DNA of 63,681 bases, the filler included, from Bigelowiella natans CCMP2755 (taxonomy: Eukaryota; Protista; Cercozoa): assembly GCA_000320545.1 (NCBI GenBank). It is 8 parts of 8 records of this genome, joined end to end, with 100 filler letters (N's around TTAATTAATTAA, not from the genome) between each part and the next. Parts side by side here need not be neighbours in the genome. Positions count along the whole stretch, not along the records: positions 50,356 to 52,426 come from ADNK01002484.1; positions 52,527 to 56,599 come from ADNK01000733.1; positions 56,700 to 58,380 come from ADNK01002690.1; positions 58,481 to 61,280 come from ADNK01002942.1; positions 61,381 to 63,681 come from ADNK01002068.1; 3 more parts are not named here. The stretch is one strand, 5' to 3'. A program made the translations under genes and the position numbers. Positions 50,256 through 61,446 of this stretch are shown here, in pieces; the stretch's first letter is position 1; each line of letters starts with the position of its first letter. The notes below the pieces were generated by a model that saw only the letters and a list, made by a program, of their open reading frames with translations, ran no database searches and had not been told where the DNA came from.

Positions 50256-53200
50256 NNNNNNNNNNNNNNNNNNNNNNNNNNNNNNNNNNNNNNNNNNNNT
50301 TAATTAATTAANNNNNNNNNNNNNNNNNNNNNNNNNNNNNNNNNNNNNNNNNNNNTGGTGGGAAAAGAAACACGTTTCTTCGGCCGGGCGTTGAATTCAA
50401 CCACGCAGAAGAATTACACCTGGCGTGGACGCAGCGGGCGAACAAACAGAAAGGCTCGCGGTCACAATCATTTTCCGCGGGGAAAAAACAAGTTCGAATT
50501 TTTGGAAATGATGTTGTTCTTTCTCCCCCTTAAAATCGGTTTGAAATCCCGGAGAGGGCAGAAATTTTGATGGGGGTCACCAGGCCAGTGGGGGGGGGTG
50601 GTCGTTTTTTTTTAAGGGATTTTTCCCCCCCCCCCCCCCACTACTACTACTACTATTATTATTACTACTCCCCCCCCCCCCCCACCATTATTGATACTGC
50701 TTCTGCTATTGATACAGCTACTACAAAAAAGGAAAAAAGGGGGGGGGGGGTTGGATCTTCATTGACGATAATACCTCAACGCTTCTTCAAGATTGTAAAC
50801 AGGGTGGCACATGCATATGCTGAGCGTTAGAACGTGTGTGTCTATCCCTCCGCGTGCGGTGTGATGCTGCCCTAAATAGTAGGCGTGCTGGGGCTCCGGA
50901 GTCCGGTGGTGGCGGTCCTGCCGATGATTGCTAATCTGCTGCATATACGAATCGAGGCAAGTGTATCTGGCCAAGGAGTGACCCAGTGGCTCTACTTCTC
51001 CCCTCGTTGCGTTTCGAAAGCGCTTGTTGACGGCGCAGAGAGGACGGTCGAAGTGCACGTCGACAAGCATGTACGGCTGAGTGTTTGGGAATCGGAGATG
51101 ATAAAACACATCATCGCATAGAAGAAGATGAAGAAGAAAAGCAGAGTCCTCATAAAATGCAAGGTGCGGCGCAAGATCTCATCCTTTGACATAGCCCACC
51201 TGCATCTCGCGTTCTCTATTCTGAACCACCCTAACTTCGAGCTCCGACGTGACAACTTGAAGACCTAATAACAACCACCACACAGGTGATGAAAAAGCAT
51301 TCGTCTTCTTTGCAGTAACATGTAAAGAATCGTCTCCGTGAGTCAACCTGAGACCATAAAATCTGCCAGGCAGCAGAGAATAAAAGCGCTCCACATGCCC
51401 TGCGCCATGGCCATCTCGACGTCTTCCGGAGAAGATGTCTAAGAGCCACGCAAGCTCAACCGAGGGGGCATGCCTGTCGAAGTGGAGTAGCAAGCGATGT
51501 AGAAATATAGACAAATATATTACGATATATCTCGCTATATAATTGAGGATCTGAAGTTTGTAATTGGAACAATCTCGCACCTTTTTCAGTCCTTACTCGC
51601 TCATTTTTGGGAATACTTCAGTCATATTACTACCAAGTTCTAGCCTGTGCGTGACGCGAGCAAGAAAACTGCGTGTGGGCAACTCGTTTTTATTTTTGAA
51701 TTCGGATTCAAAAAATGAGCGCCGATTTAATTTATGATATAGATGTCGCTCTCATTTATTGGATACCCAATCGGATTGTGCGACAACAAGATATTTCTTG
51801 GAACGACAAAAGTGTTGTCTCCCGCCTCGCGATCGAACACATTGACTGGGAAGAAATTCTTCAATATTTCTAGCATAGTACCAACAGAACTTATTCCAAA
51901 CCGCGAAATTTGCTCTTCGTTCCGAGATAACAAGTAAACAAATCTCTCCAGGAAACATCTAAAAATATTTGTCCAGATGGGCATTGGGATCGAAACTCGA
52001 AGCTGAATTTTCTCGTAAATGGCGGGAATCGAAGGCGCGCAGAGTGTGGCACCACGAGCCCATAAAAGCGTCCTCAACATGGAACCTCCCGGCTCCTCTT
52101 CGACACTCTTGTCAGGGAAATCAGGTTTGCCCTTAGTTGTAGAGAGTGGCGGTTAAGTGCAAGTAATCCTTCCCCCCCCACCCCCCCTCCCGCGGCTGAC
52201 GAGACTGTTCTTTTGCACCTTCAACGAATTTTTTTGTAGATTCGATAGCTTCCTCGGCCCCGCAGCAGCGGCCCGCTCGATCGGCGTCTCTTGAAACAAC
52301 GCCGTCGACGCAGATACAGAAGCCTCAGGAAGCTCTAGCTCCAGCAGCTACGCCGCCCACAAAGTTCCGCAGGAAGAACGGGGGGGATCCTATCAACATC
52401 GCCGTCCTCACACACCAGCATGTGCTNNNNNNNNNNNNNNNNNNNNNNNNNNNNNNNNNNNNNNNNNNNNTTAATTAATTAANNNNNNNNNNNNNNNNNN
52501 NNNNNNNNNNNNNNNNNNNNNNNNNNCTCTTTCTCTCTCTCATTCTCTCCCTCTCATTTTCATCGCCCTCTCCCCCGTTCTTCCGCCCCCGCCAGAGATT
52601 CAATCTCAAAAAGTAACAATCGTTCTTCTCCGAATCCACGATTTCATGTCCAGACCGAGGGGTGAGAAGCGCGAGCAGTTCCATGCTTAGCTTGTTGTTT
52701 TGTAGTAGTTGAGGACTGAGTACGAGGAGGATATGATATGTCAATCAGCTCACTCGATTTCATTTCCCCATTCCTCATACTCTCTCGTTATCTCTCTCTC
52801 TCCCTCTCTCTCTCTCTCTCCCGTCTCGCCTCTCTCCCCATAGCCCTCGTGGGAGGACGATATGTTACGCCGTACCTTCTTGGAAATCGGTCTAGAATTT
52901 CAATAACGTTTGACTCGAACGCGGCAACCCCTTTGCCGCTCTGCAAACAAAAAGTTATTCATTGACAGTGATATCTTGGCAACCGCGGTGTTACATATTT
53001 CCCTACAATATGGGATAATTATAAATATATACTATGTGTGTGTGTGTGTGTGTGTGTGTAGTCTTGGAATCAGATTCCGATTTACGAGCGAAAGCTGGCC
53101 ATTTTTAGGCTTGATACTCTTCAAACTTTACTACGGCAGGCAGACCTGAAGAGCCTGGGCAACTTCCACAAGTCCTTCGTAGCTAATCAAACCAATTGTT

Positions 53201-53605
53201 TTTGAAAACTTAGGCGCGAGCATGGAAGCCAGAGCCAGGAATATAGTGGGGCATTCTCAAGGGGAAGGGGAGGGGGGGGAGGAGGGATTCCCTGTCATAA
53301 AGCACCTTTGTCCTGGTTTCGTAGGTAGGAATGGCTTCTCACTCTGCCATTCTGCCACTGTACCCATCACAACGCTGTAGCCCAAACCAGCCACGAAGTA
53401 AACAATCGAAACAAGGGAAATCGTGGACATTGCTCTCCCTCTTACCCTCCCCCCCTCTCTCTCTCTCGCTCTCTCTCTTGCTTTCCTACACTGCCATATG
53501 CACACACGAAAATATCTAAATTATTGTTAAATGTCACCGAAAAGCCGCAGTCATGGCCAGATCGAAGGCATTGTCCACGTATGTGCCATTGTCCCAGACC
53601 TGTGT

Positions 53606-53694
53606 GCCATTCGGACATTTAAAATATTGCATCAAAAGAAGCTATCCAGCGCCATTCGGACATTTAAAATATTGCATCAAAAGAAGCTATCCAG
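53606..53694. repeat. 45-bp-period tandem duplication
   Basis: gccattcggacatttaaaatattgcatcaaaagaagctatccag occurs at 53606 and 53651. Confidence 0.9.
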
Positions 53695-53756
53695 ATATGT
53701 TTCGCTATGGTTTTGGGGGTTCTATTTTCCTCGGTAATTTGTATAATTAAATAATC

Positions 53757-53797
<41 letters not shown>

Positions 53798-53811
53798 ACT
53801 CACACGCAAAT

Positions 53812-53854
<43 letters not shown>

Positions 53855-53899
53855 CTTGAAGTATATCGGCTGGAGTAATTGGTTTCGCAAGCAGATTTA

Positions 53900-54462
53900 T
53901 TGAATAATAAGAACATATGTTTTGCGATCGAAGTTCTTGTTCACCTCTGGTCGTTCAGTGCAAGTTTGCGACGCCATTCCATTCAAAACTGACCTCGAGT
54001 CCCTCTCCCAATTCCTGGACTGCCTCCCCATCGTAACGTCTATGCAATGCCAACCAGTGAGGAATTATAGACGAGGCTTCGCAACTGAGCCGCACGAGTT
54101 TATCATATGATTGTGTTGCCGACGTGGTTTTGTTGTTGACAACCATTTCCTCGAAATGCCGTCTTCGGACTCTTTCGCGGAAGTGTGATAGGGCGCCCCT
54201 GAGGTGCCGCTGCTGTTAACATTGACGAACAAGTACGGATTGAATCCTGGAGCATCTTTCGCGGATGAGTTGCTGATCTAAAAACATAACCAAGAGCACG
54301 ACGGCCTTGGAGGCCGCTTCGGGAAGGTGCAATCCTACCCAACCGTCGTTCCGAACGAAGCCCGCCAGATCGCAGAAGAAGAGGGGCGGAAAGTAGGAGC
54401 AAGGCGCTGGCGACTGACAAAGATAAGACAGAGGCGAGAGCGCCCCTACCCCACGCTCCCAT
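53900..54462 (-). CDS. Gene with a signal peptide plus Ser/Arg-rich transit-like leader (possible plastid-targeted protein)
   Basis: MGAWGRGALASVLSLSVASALLLLSAPLLLRSGGLRSERRLGRIAPSRSG. Mature domain not recognised; 3' end uncertain. Confidence 0.4.
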
Positions 54463-54700
54463 TCCGTCTATCTAGCAACGCGTTCCAACCGTCGGGATGT
54501 CCTTCCCACTTACCAGCATGCTTCGAGCGGTGGGGAGCGTCGACGTACTCGAAGGGCAGTAAGTTAATTCTGGTTTTGGTCAAAAATAAATCGAAGCTTT
54601 GTCGCAGTTGTCGATTCGCATCAATTTTCCTCGAAACAAATCAATGCAAAAATCTTGCTGAGATTTTCGTGGTTTTGTTGTCGCAGTGCACGTCGAATGA

Positions 54701-55357
54701 CTACTGACAGGCCTGGAATCTCCACCTTGAAGCAAGCTCGCAATGAGCGCGCTTGAAAAATGGCTGATGACTGCGATCACAACTGCACAATTGACACAGG
54801 ACATTGGTGCTCGGTGCCCACTGTTGAACTTTTGATGCATTGCAGCCTCCTCCACCATCATTCATTCATGTTTGGCGGAGGCTCACGCTAGCACGTGCAA
54901 TCTGTGTGCATGCATGCTTTGGACTTTCACGTGCGCACATCTAGACATGTCAAGTGATGCTCATTGCTTGAAACATAGCGGTGTCGTCGCACTTGTGGTT
55001 TGTTGCGGCGTGAGCTGAAACCATGCAAGCTAGCAAGCAGTTCTGCGGGCAACCAGTGCAGCGTGCAGCTAGCGCTTTGTGAAACATGCACATCTGCTGC
55101 ACTTGCGTGCATGATCGAAAACCATCAGCTAGATCAGTGCTGCGTCAATTGCGCATCACATGCCAGCATGCAAATGAGCCATCGTCCGATCCTGATGCAC
55201 TCCTGTGGCCATGCGTGCATATCGTGCATGCCACATGAACTCTTCGCAATCACATTCCAAAAAACTCATGTTGTCGTCTGTCGTTGCAATATTTACATGT
55301 ACATGCTAGCATGCATGCTACTCATTTCAAGATCACTGTACAGGCGTGTCACAGTAG
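54701..55357. mobile_element. TpA-depleted ~660-bp island, possibly a MITE-like element
   Basis: Same tgca/catg/ctag signature. Imperfect terminal inverted repeat ctactgacaggcctg ... caggcgtgtcacagtag. Confidence 0.5.
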
Positions 55358-55385
55358 ACAGCAGATGTGTACATCCACTGTGTTG

Positions 55386-56558
55386 CTATGGAGTGCCGCC
55401 ACTTGCTGCTGCTGCAACGTTAACCAGAGAAGCAGCGCCTATTGAACTCTGAAGCGCAAGCCCACACGACGCCACCAGGAGGAACCCTAACGCAAATCGC
55501 CCCCCCGGTACGAACTCGTTTTTTTCTCGAAGCCTCTTACTATTTGTGTCATATCCAACAGAGTTAACGCCGACTTCATCATCATCAGCGCTATTCCCAT
55601 TGCTATGGCCCGATTTTCCATACCGCTGACACCACACCATTGCAGCAGGCGAGGCGCCATACAGAAGCGGAGCTAGAATGCCGCCGCTAGCCTGGAGTGC
55701 CGGCAAGAATAGATCTGACGCTACCGCTGCGAGTATCTGTCATTAAAGAAGAGTAAGCATTACGTTATTCATACTCTGGGTTGAGAAAATGCAGGAAGAT
55801 GTAGACGGGTGAAGGTCTGAAATCATGTGCCGCGGAATCGGGCAGGACTATTTGTGTGGAAAAATACATTTACACATTTACAAAATTGATATGTGCCGTG
55901 TAGTACAATTTGACAAAGATATCGGCACTGGGAAAAGGAAAATTTGGAGATCTCATTGCGAATCTTGTGCTTATTCCGTGTACCGTTGGCGGTGACAAGG
56001 CGAGAAGGTACAACTAATAGTAAGGAGGGGGGAGGGGTAGAAGGCGAACAGACTGTGAAACATATTGTGATACCGCGCCACAAGAATCGCCCTTCGCACA
56101 ATATTCGACGCATACACGATATGAGAGGCTATATACCGCAAACATGCATACATACCAGCAGTCGCTCTCTCTGCACAACCTGATCCCAATACCTGAAGAA
56201 AAGGCAACACAAACACAGCAGTCCTTAAGCCTCCGTGAATCATACTGGCGGTGGGGGATAATGACCATAGGCCTACCCCCACCTCTACACAAGTTCATCG
56301 AGTAATTGCTTCGGTCACGAATCTTTCATCGTTTACCACTCACGCATATGTATCATATGTGAAAAGTGTTATCAGAGTTTATATACAGCGGCTCGAGAGA
56401 CTCCAGCTGCTCCTCGAATAAGTCGCCGGCCTCTGCGTTCTCTCGGCCTTCTTTCATCTTAATATCCTCCACCGTTTCTTTGTTTTCAGCCCCCCCTGGC
56501 TCACTCGTCTTTTCGCGGTTGCTGCCCCGTATAGATGACTCGGCAGCAGCACCAGCGA

Positions 56559-56590
<32 letters not shown>

Positions 56591-56599
56591 GATGATGGT
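55386..56599 (-). CDS. 3' part of an aromatic amino-acid permease (TyrP/Mtr-like)
   Basis: Last exon LFLPALQASGGILAPLLYGASPAAMVWCQRY...FVPGGRFALGFLLVAS matches my recollection of the C-terminal pattern (LxGxxPAAMxWxxRY...VPGG) of TyrP-like transporters. Confidence 0.6.
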
Positions 56600-56765
56600 N
56601 NNNNNNNNNNNNNNNNNNNNNNNNNNNNNNNNNNNNNNNNNNNTTAATTAATTAANNNNNNNNNNNNNNNNNNNNNNNNNNNNNNNNNNNNNNNNNNNNC
56701 AACCAATACAATTTCCTGTGGTTGACTACTAAAGTCATTCAATTGATTAAATAATATCCGGCTAC

Positions 56766-57330
56766 TTATTTGAACTGGAAAATTAAAATTTGTTTGGAAA
56801 ACTCGGCAAAATCTTCAACGTTTGAATTGTTTTTTGTGTATATAGTTGAGGGGCTACCTGTATAATTATCGCCAAAATTTTGATAAAAATTGGTGTTGTC
56901 TGCTTTCCTTACTAATATTCGTTCTCCAAGGGAAGCATCAACTTTTTTATTATATAGTATGTCTAAAGAAGAAGCAATATTCATAGATGATAAGTCACGA
57001 AAATTTGAAACTTCAGGTGTGTAAGATAAATTTTCTAAAAAACTCAAATAATTATTGACATTCAGTTTTTCAAATGTTGATTCATTTCCATTGATTACCA
57101 AACCATTCGTAGCATCATTTGTTATTTTGTTTGACAGATTATAATCGCTTAATGTGGTGAGTTTCTTTTCAAATTTAGATTTGGTGCTAAAGGTTAATCC
57201 ATTTATGCTATTGCTTGTAATCCCACTTATCGTTCCAGATGATGTGGAAGGATTAAATATACTTCCATTCAGGTAGAGGTTGGTGAATTTACCATCTACT
57301 CCTTCAATCTCTTTCGCTTTTATCTTGGGA
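56766..57330 (-). CDS. Asn/Ser/Thr-rich viral ORF fragment (possibly structural or fibre-like), no ATG seen
   Basis: The frame stays open upstream of the listed ORF (PKIKAKEIEGVDGKFTNLYLNGSIFNPSTSSGTISGITSNSINGLTF...). Confidence 0.4.
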
Positions 57331-57468
57331 AACTATATAATCACGAAGATGGAAACCCAACGATATTACGGAACGACTATGTTGAAGGCGGATGTAAAAA
57401 GAAAAAGAAATGTGAGTGTAAATACCAAAAGATTATCTCTAAAATTATAAATCTCAAATAATATATAT

Positions 57469-58296
57469 ATGAATTTATGTAAGAATGTAGATTTCCATAA
57501 AAGTTTGGACAACCTTGTGAGCAGTCTAAAATCCTACCCTCTTTCCAATTATGATTTAACAAATGCTCACCCCAACATCAGAATAACTACATCTGCCGAC
57601 TTACCGAAATTGCGATTTGCCGACCAACTATTCAATGGTAATATCGGTGTCTTGTTGTGGTTAAATGAGGAGAATTCAGGACACTGGTTGGGTTTAATAC
57701 GGAAACAGCACACCATAGAAATTTTTGATAGTTATGGATTTCCTTTTAAGAATATCAACAAGCACCTAAACTCCCAAATGAACATCTCGCCTGATGTGTT
57801 GATGCTAAATGCCCCTAAAACTCCACAGGCAGGAAGAGACCTTTTCAATGATTTAAAGAGCAAGTATAATGTAAGCATTCCTACAATAGACTTGACAAAT
57901 ACAATAGAAGCAAGTTTAGGAGCAGAGGTAGATAAATCTATTAGAGATAAAGAAATTAATAGTGTTGCTACAGAATTACGGTCAACTGCTACTACTGGTA
58001 GGCAAATAGATAAAGATATTGTAGATAAATACCAAAAAGCAATTAATTCAGCATTTACTGGTAGCAATAACTTAGATGAAGTGAAGTCAGATGTAAGAAA
58101 GGATTTATTAGACAAAAACAAATATAAACTTGACAAGATTCCTAAAAATACTATGATAAAGGTCTTCAACAAGAATGTAAGAGTAGGGACATTCATCAGC
58201 AACCTTCGTGCTTCCTTGAAGAAAACCGACACAGAAACAGATACTCAAAAGAAGGTAAGTCTTATTCTTAACTATCACTTGCTGATGATAGAATGA
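57469..58296 (+). CDS. Adenain/Ulp1-type viral cysteine protease N-half fused to unrelated sequence
   Basis: GVLLWLNEENSGHWLGLIRKQHTIEIFDSYG carries the His and Asp motifs. The downstream Gln...Cys motif is absent. Confidence 0.7.
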   Translation: MNLCKNVDFHKSLDNLVSSLKSYPLSNYDLTNAHPNIRITTSADLPKLRFADQLFNGNIGVLLWLNEENSGHWLGLIRKQHTIEIFDSYGFPFKNINKHLNSQMNISPDVLMLNAPKTPQAGRDLFNDLKSKYNVSIPTIDLTNTIEASLGAEVDKSIRDKEINSVATELRSTATTGRQIDKDIVDKYQKAINSAFTGSNNLDEVKSDVRKDLLDKNKYKLDKIPKNTMIKVFNKNVRVGTFISNLRASLKKTDTETDTQKKVSLILNYHLLMIE

Positions 58297-58621
58297 TAGT
58301 AGATGGTAAGGAGTTTTTATTTATCTGTATGGTTTCATCGTTTAAGGTGTAGGATATGGAAGGACTTTGAGTTGTTGTAANNNNNNNNNNNNNNNNNNNN
58401 NNNNNNNNNNNNNNNNNNNNNNNNTTAATTAATTAANNNNNNNNNNNNNNNNNNNNNNNNNNNNNNNNNNNNNNNNNNNNACATATCCACATGCTTTACA
58501 GCCATGTCCTTAAAAACAGAGTTTGCTAAGATTGAAAGGATGAAGAGATATAGAGGAGAATATTACAGAATTTTGAAAGGTAGGAAGCAATGCCTTTAGT
58601 AAGAACATCATCGCTAAACTA

Positions 58622-59746
58622 ATGAAATACTACAACGATGAGGACATATTGAATAAAATAGATAAAAATAAGAACCTATTAGCATTCAAAGATTGTGTGT
58701 ATGACCTTGAAACAAAGAAATATAGAGATATAGAAAAGAAAGACTTTATTTCTAATTATATTAAATTCAAACTTAAACCCAGAAGACCGATTAAACAAGA
58801 GGTGAGAAAGGACATATTGGATTTCATTTTCGGCATACAGGAAACACAACAAGATGCTCTGTTTCTGCTAAAATTGTTAGCAAACAGTCTCTTTTACAAT
58901 AAGTTTGGATTGCTAATTATGTTTTTAGGAAGTGGTGGGAATGGGAAAGGTGTCTTAACTGCTCTTCATCAAGTAGCAACTTCCAAATATTGTAACATAG
59001 TTTCTTCTCAGTTCCTAACAACGAAATACAAAGCGAATGCCCCTAACAGTGATTTGTACAAATGTATTGATAAGCGATTGGTTGTCGTTAATGAACCTGA
59101 AGAAAATGAAGGCGATAAAGAACTATCTTTCAATGTAAGTTTTCTCAAAAAAATTACCGATAATGATACAGTTAGTTGTAGAGAGATGTATGATACCCCT
59201 GTGGAATTCCTTGCTGATTTTAGCATCTTCTGCTTATGTAATAATGCTCCGAAATTAGATAGTGTAGATGATAGCATTAAACGAAGGTTCTTAAACATCC
59301 AATTCCCTTTTCAATTCAAAGAAAAACCTGACCCTAAGAACAAATATGAAAAGAAAAGAGATTACACTCTCAAAGATAAGTTCAGAAACAACAAAGAATA
59401 TCGTAGAGAATACATCAAACTATTGTTAGAACATGTAGATATGGAGAAATTAAACCCTCCCGAAAAGGTATTAAAATTCACAAACGATTATTTAAACGAT
59501 AACAATCACACCTTAAATTTCATTGAAGAGAATTACGATGTTACTGATGATGTTAGAGATAGAATTTTATACAACGATATTTATAAACACTTTAAAAGTT
59601 GGTCTCCGGTTTACATATCTAAAAGCAACTTCAAAAAGCAAATGTTAGCAAACAAATTTCTTTTTGGTAAAGTGAGAGGAAGGTTCTACTTTAAGAAATT
59701 AATAAAGAAAGAAGATGATGAAGAAGAGGTAGATATAAATGTATAG
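58622..59746 (+). CDS. D5-like superfamily 3 helicase (primase-helicase C-terminal part), 5' truncated
   Basis: D5_N-like LLAFKDCVYDL; Walker A GSGGNGKG; Walker B LVVVNEPE; motif C LCNNAPKL; arginine finger IKRRF. Confidence 0.9.
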   Translation: MKYYNDEDILNKIDKNKNLLAFKDCVYDLETKKYRDIEKKDFISNYIKFKLKPRRPIKQEVRKDILDFIFGIQETQQDALFLLKLLANSLFYNKFGLLIMFLGSGGNGKGVLTALHQVATSKYCNIVSSQFLTTKYKANAPNSDLYKCIDKRLVVVNEPEENEGDKELSFNVSFLKKITDNDTVSCREMYDTPVEFLADFSIFCLCNNAPKLDSVDDSIKRRFLNIQFPFQFKEKPDPKNKYEKKRDYTLKDKFRNNKEYRREYIKLLLEHVDMEKLNPPEKVLKFTNDYLNDNNHTLNFIEENYDVTDDVRDRILYNDIYKHFKSWSPVYISKSNFKKQMLANKFLFGKVRGRFYFKKLIKKEDDEEEVDINV

Positions 59747-59785
59747 TATATATTTAAAGATTTATCTCTTATATATATATAATAT

Positions 59786-60172
59786 ATGAGTAATAGAGTT
59801 AGATTAAAGTTTCAAGCATATGATAATAAATCCAAGGAAAGAAAACAAAATATAAAGAAAAGGAATAAATTCCTATACACAAGAAGGTATGACTTCAAAA
59901 AGGAAGGTAAAAAGTATCTCCCTGATGCTACTACAGCAAATGAAATCATCGCGAGGAAAATAAACAAACTGAAAAACAGAGGGAAAATAAACGATAATAC
60001 TGAAATCCAAGTCGTTTATATCTTACAATACAACATACCGATATCAGGAAGAATAACAACACTCGGTGATGGTGTTCACTATCCAAGCAATAGACAGGAA
60101 GGGTTCGGTAGTATAGACCTTCATAGGGACGATTTTTTTATACAATCCGTTCTAATTAATTATTTCAAATAA
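59786..60172 (+). CDS. Basic hypothetical viral protein (128 aa)
   Basis: Intact ORF with an AT-rich upstream motif shared with the next gene. Confidence 0.7.
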   Translation: MSNRVRLKFQAYDNKSKERKQNIKKRNKFLYTRRYDFKKEGKKYLPDATTANEIIARKINKLKNRGKINDNTEIQVVYILQYNIPISGRITTLGDGVHYPSNRQEGFGSIDLHRDDFFIQSVLINYFK

Positions 60173-60221
60173 TATACGAAAAAGTATTTAAAGAAATACT
60201 CTTTCATATATATTAATATAT

Positions 60222-61280
60222 ATGTTGCCGAAAAGAAAGAAATACAGATGTGCTACCAATTACAACCGAAAAACCTTTGGTGTCTATCATTACAACAGAG
60301 ATAAGAAAGAATACCATCTAACTGTAGATGGTGAGAACATATTACGAAGCAAAACACTGGAAGGGTATAATTTATATGTTCTTAAACCATCCAAGAACAG
60401 CAATGTGATTGAAGAATATGGAAAGAAAATGAACGATTTTCATCAGTTTAAAGCAATCACAGGTTATGACTACAAGCGAAGCAACTACGATGATACAGAG
60501 ATGAGTTTATACATTTGGAATCAGTTTAGACCACAGGAGGTAGAGTTTGGAAAGACTACAGAAATGGAAGAAGAATGGGTATATAAAGCAAGTAGAGGTG
60601 GGATACGATATAGTGTGGATGGAGAATATCAAAACAAAGACTATATCAAATTGGATTTGAATAAAAAATACACATCCGTGCTATGTAGCAATTATTTCAC
60701 TATTCCTTTAGGTACACCTATGACAAGAACCATAACACAGGAACAAGTTGATAAGTATTACAAATTCAATTATGGTTTATACAACATAGAAATAAGCAAA
60801 GATGATGATGTATTTTTTAAATACAACAAACATAATATTTATACTCATCTTGAGCTAAAACAAGCAAAGGCACTAGGATTGAAATTGAAGCTATTAGACA
60901 CCAATTATTTGTATTACAAAGAGAAATTAAAGTCCATAAAACTCTTTGGTAAATTCTTTTACAGATTATTACCTCATTCAAAATCTCAAGATTTAGTAAA
61001 ACTAATAATGAACAAATTATGGGGTACATTTCAAACCAAGTTAAGAAGAAAGGTCAACACAAAGCAAGTGATAGAAATTGATGACCGAGAAAGTAATGAA
61101 ACTCCTACATATAAAATAGCTCCTGATGGATATACGATATTATCCTTGACTAAATTTTGAAGAAGAAAAGAAGTATTTTAAATACTATGCCTGTAGAATA
61201 GCACCATTTCTTACCTCTATGTGAGAACCTATATGGTTGATTTAATAAATGAATACAAAGACGATGTTGTGTATAGTCAT
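60222..61280 (+). CDS. Protein-primed family B DNA polymerase-like protein (polymerase domain), two frameshifts near the contig end
   Basis: SRGG; motif A LDLNKKYTSVL..IPLG.P; motif B KLIMNKLWG. After frameshifts: YYACRIAPFLTS and YKDDVVYSH (approach to motif C), cut by the gap. Confidence 0.75.
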
Positions 61281-61446
61281 NNNNNNNNNNNNNNNNNNNN
61301 NNNNNNNNNNNNNNNNNNNNNNNNTTAATTAATTAANNNNNNNNNNNNNNNNNNNNNNNNNNNNNNNNNNNNNNNNNNNNGAAATGCTAAGAAAACATAA
61401 CCCGAAACTAATGCTGATCAGCCATTTCAAAGCCACCCCTCTTCTG

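Larger units (their letters stand above)
56700..61280. mobile_element. Virophage/Polinton-like virus-derived DNA (two contigs)
   Basis: Abrupt shift to AT-rich, intronless, SSR-free, gene-dense DNA encoding a protease, an SF3 helicase and a pPolB-like protein. Confidence 0.8.
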
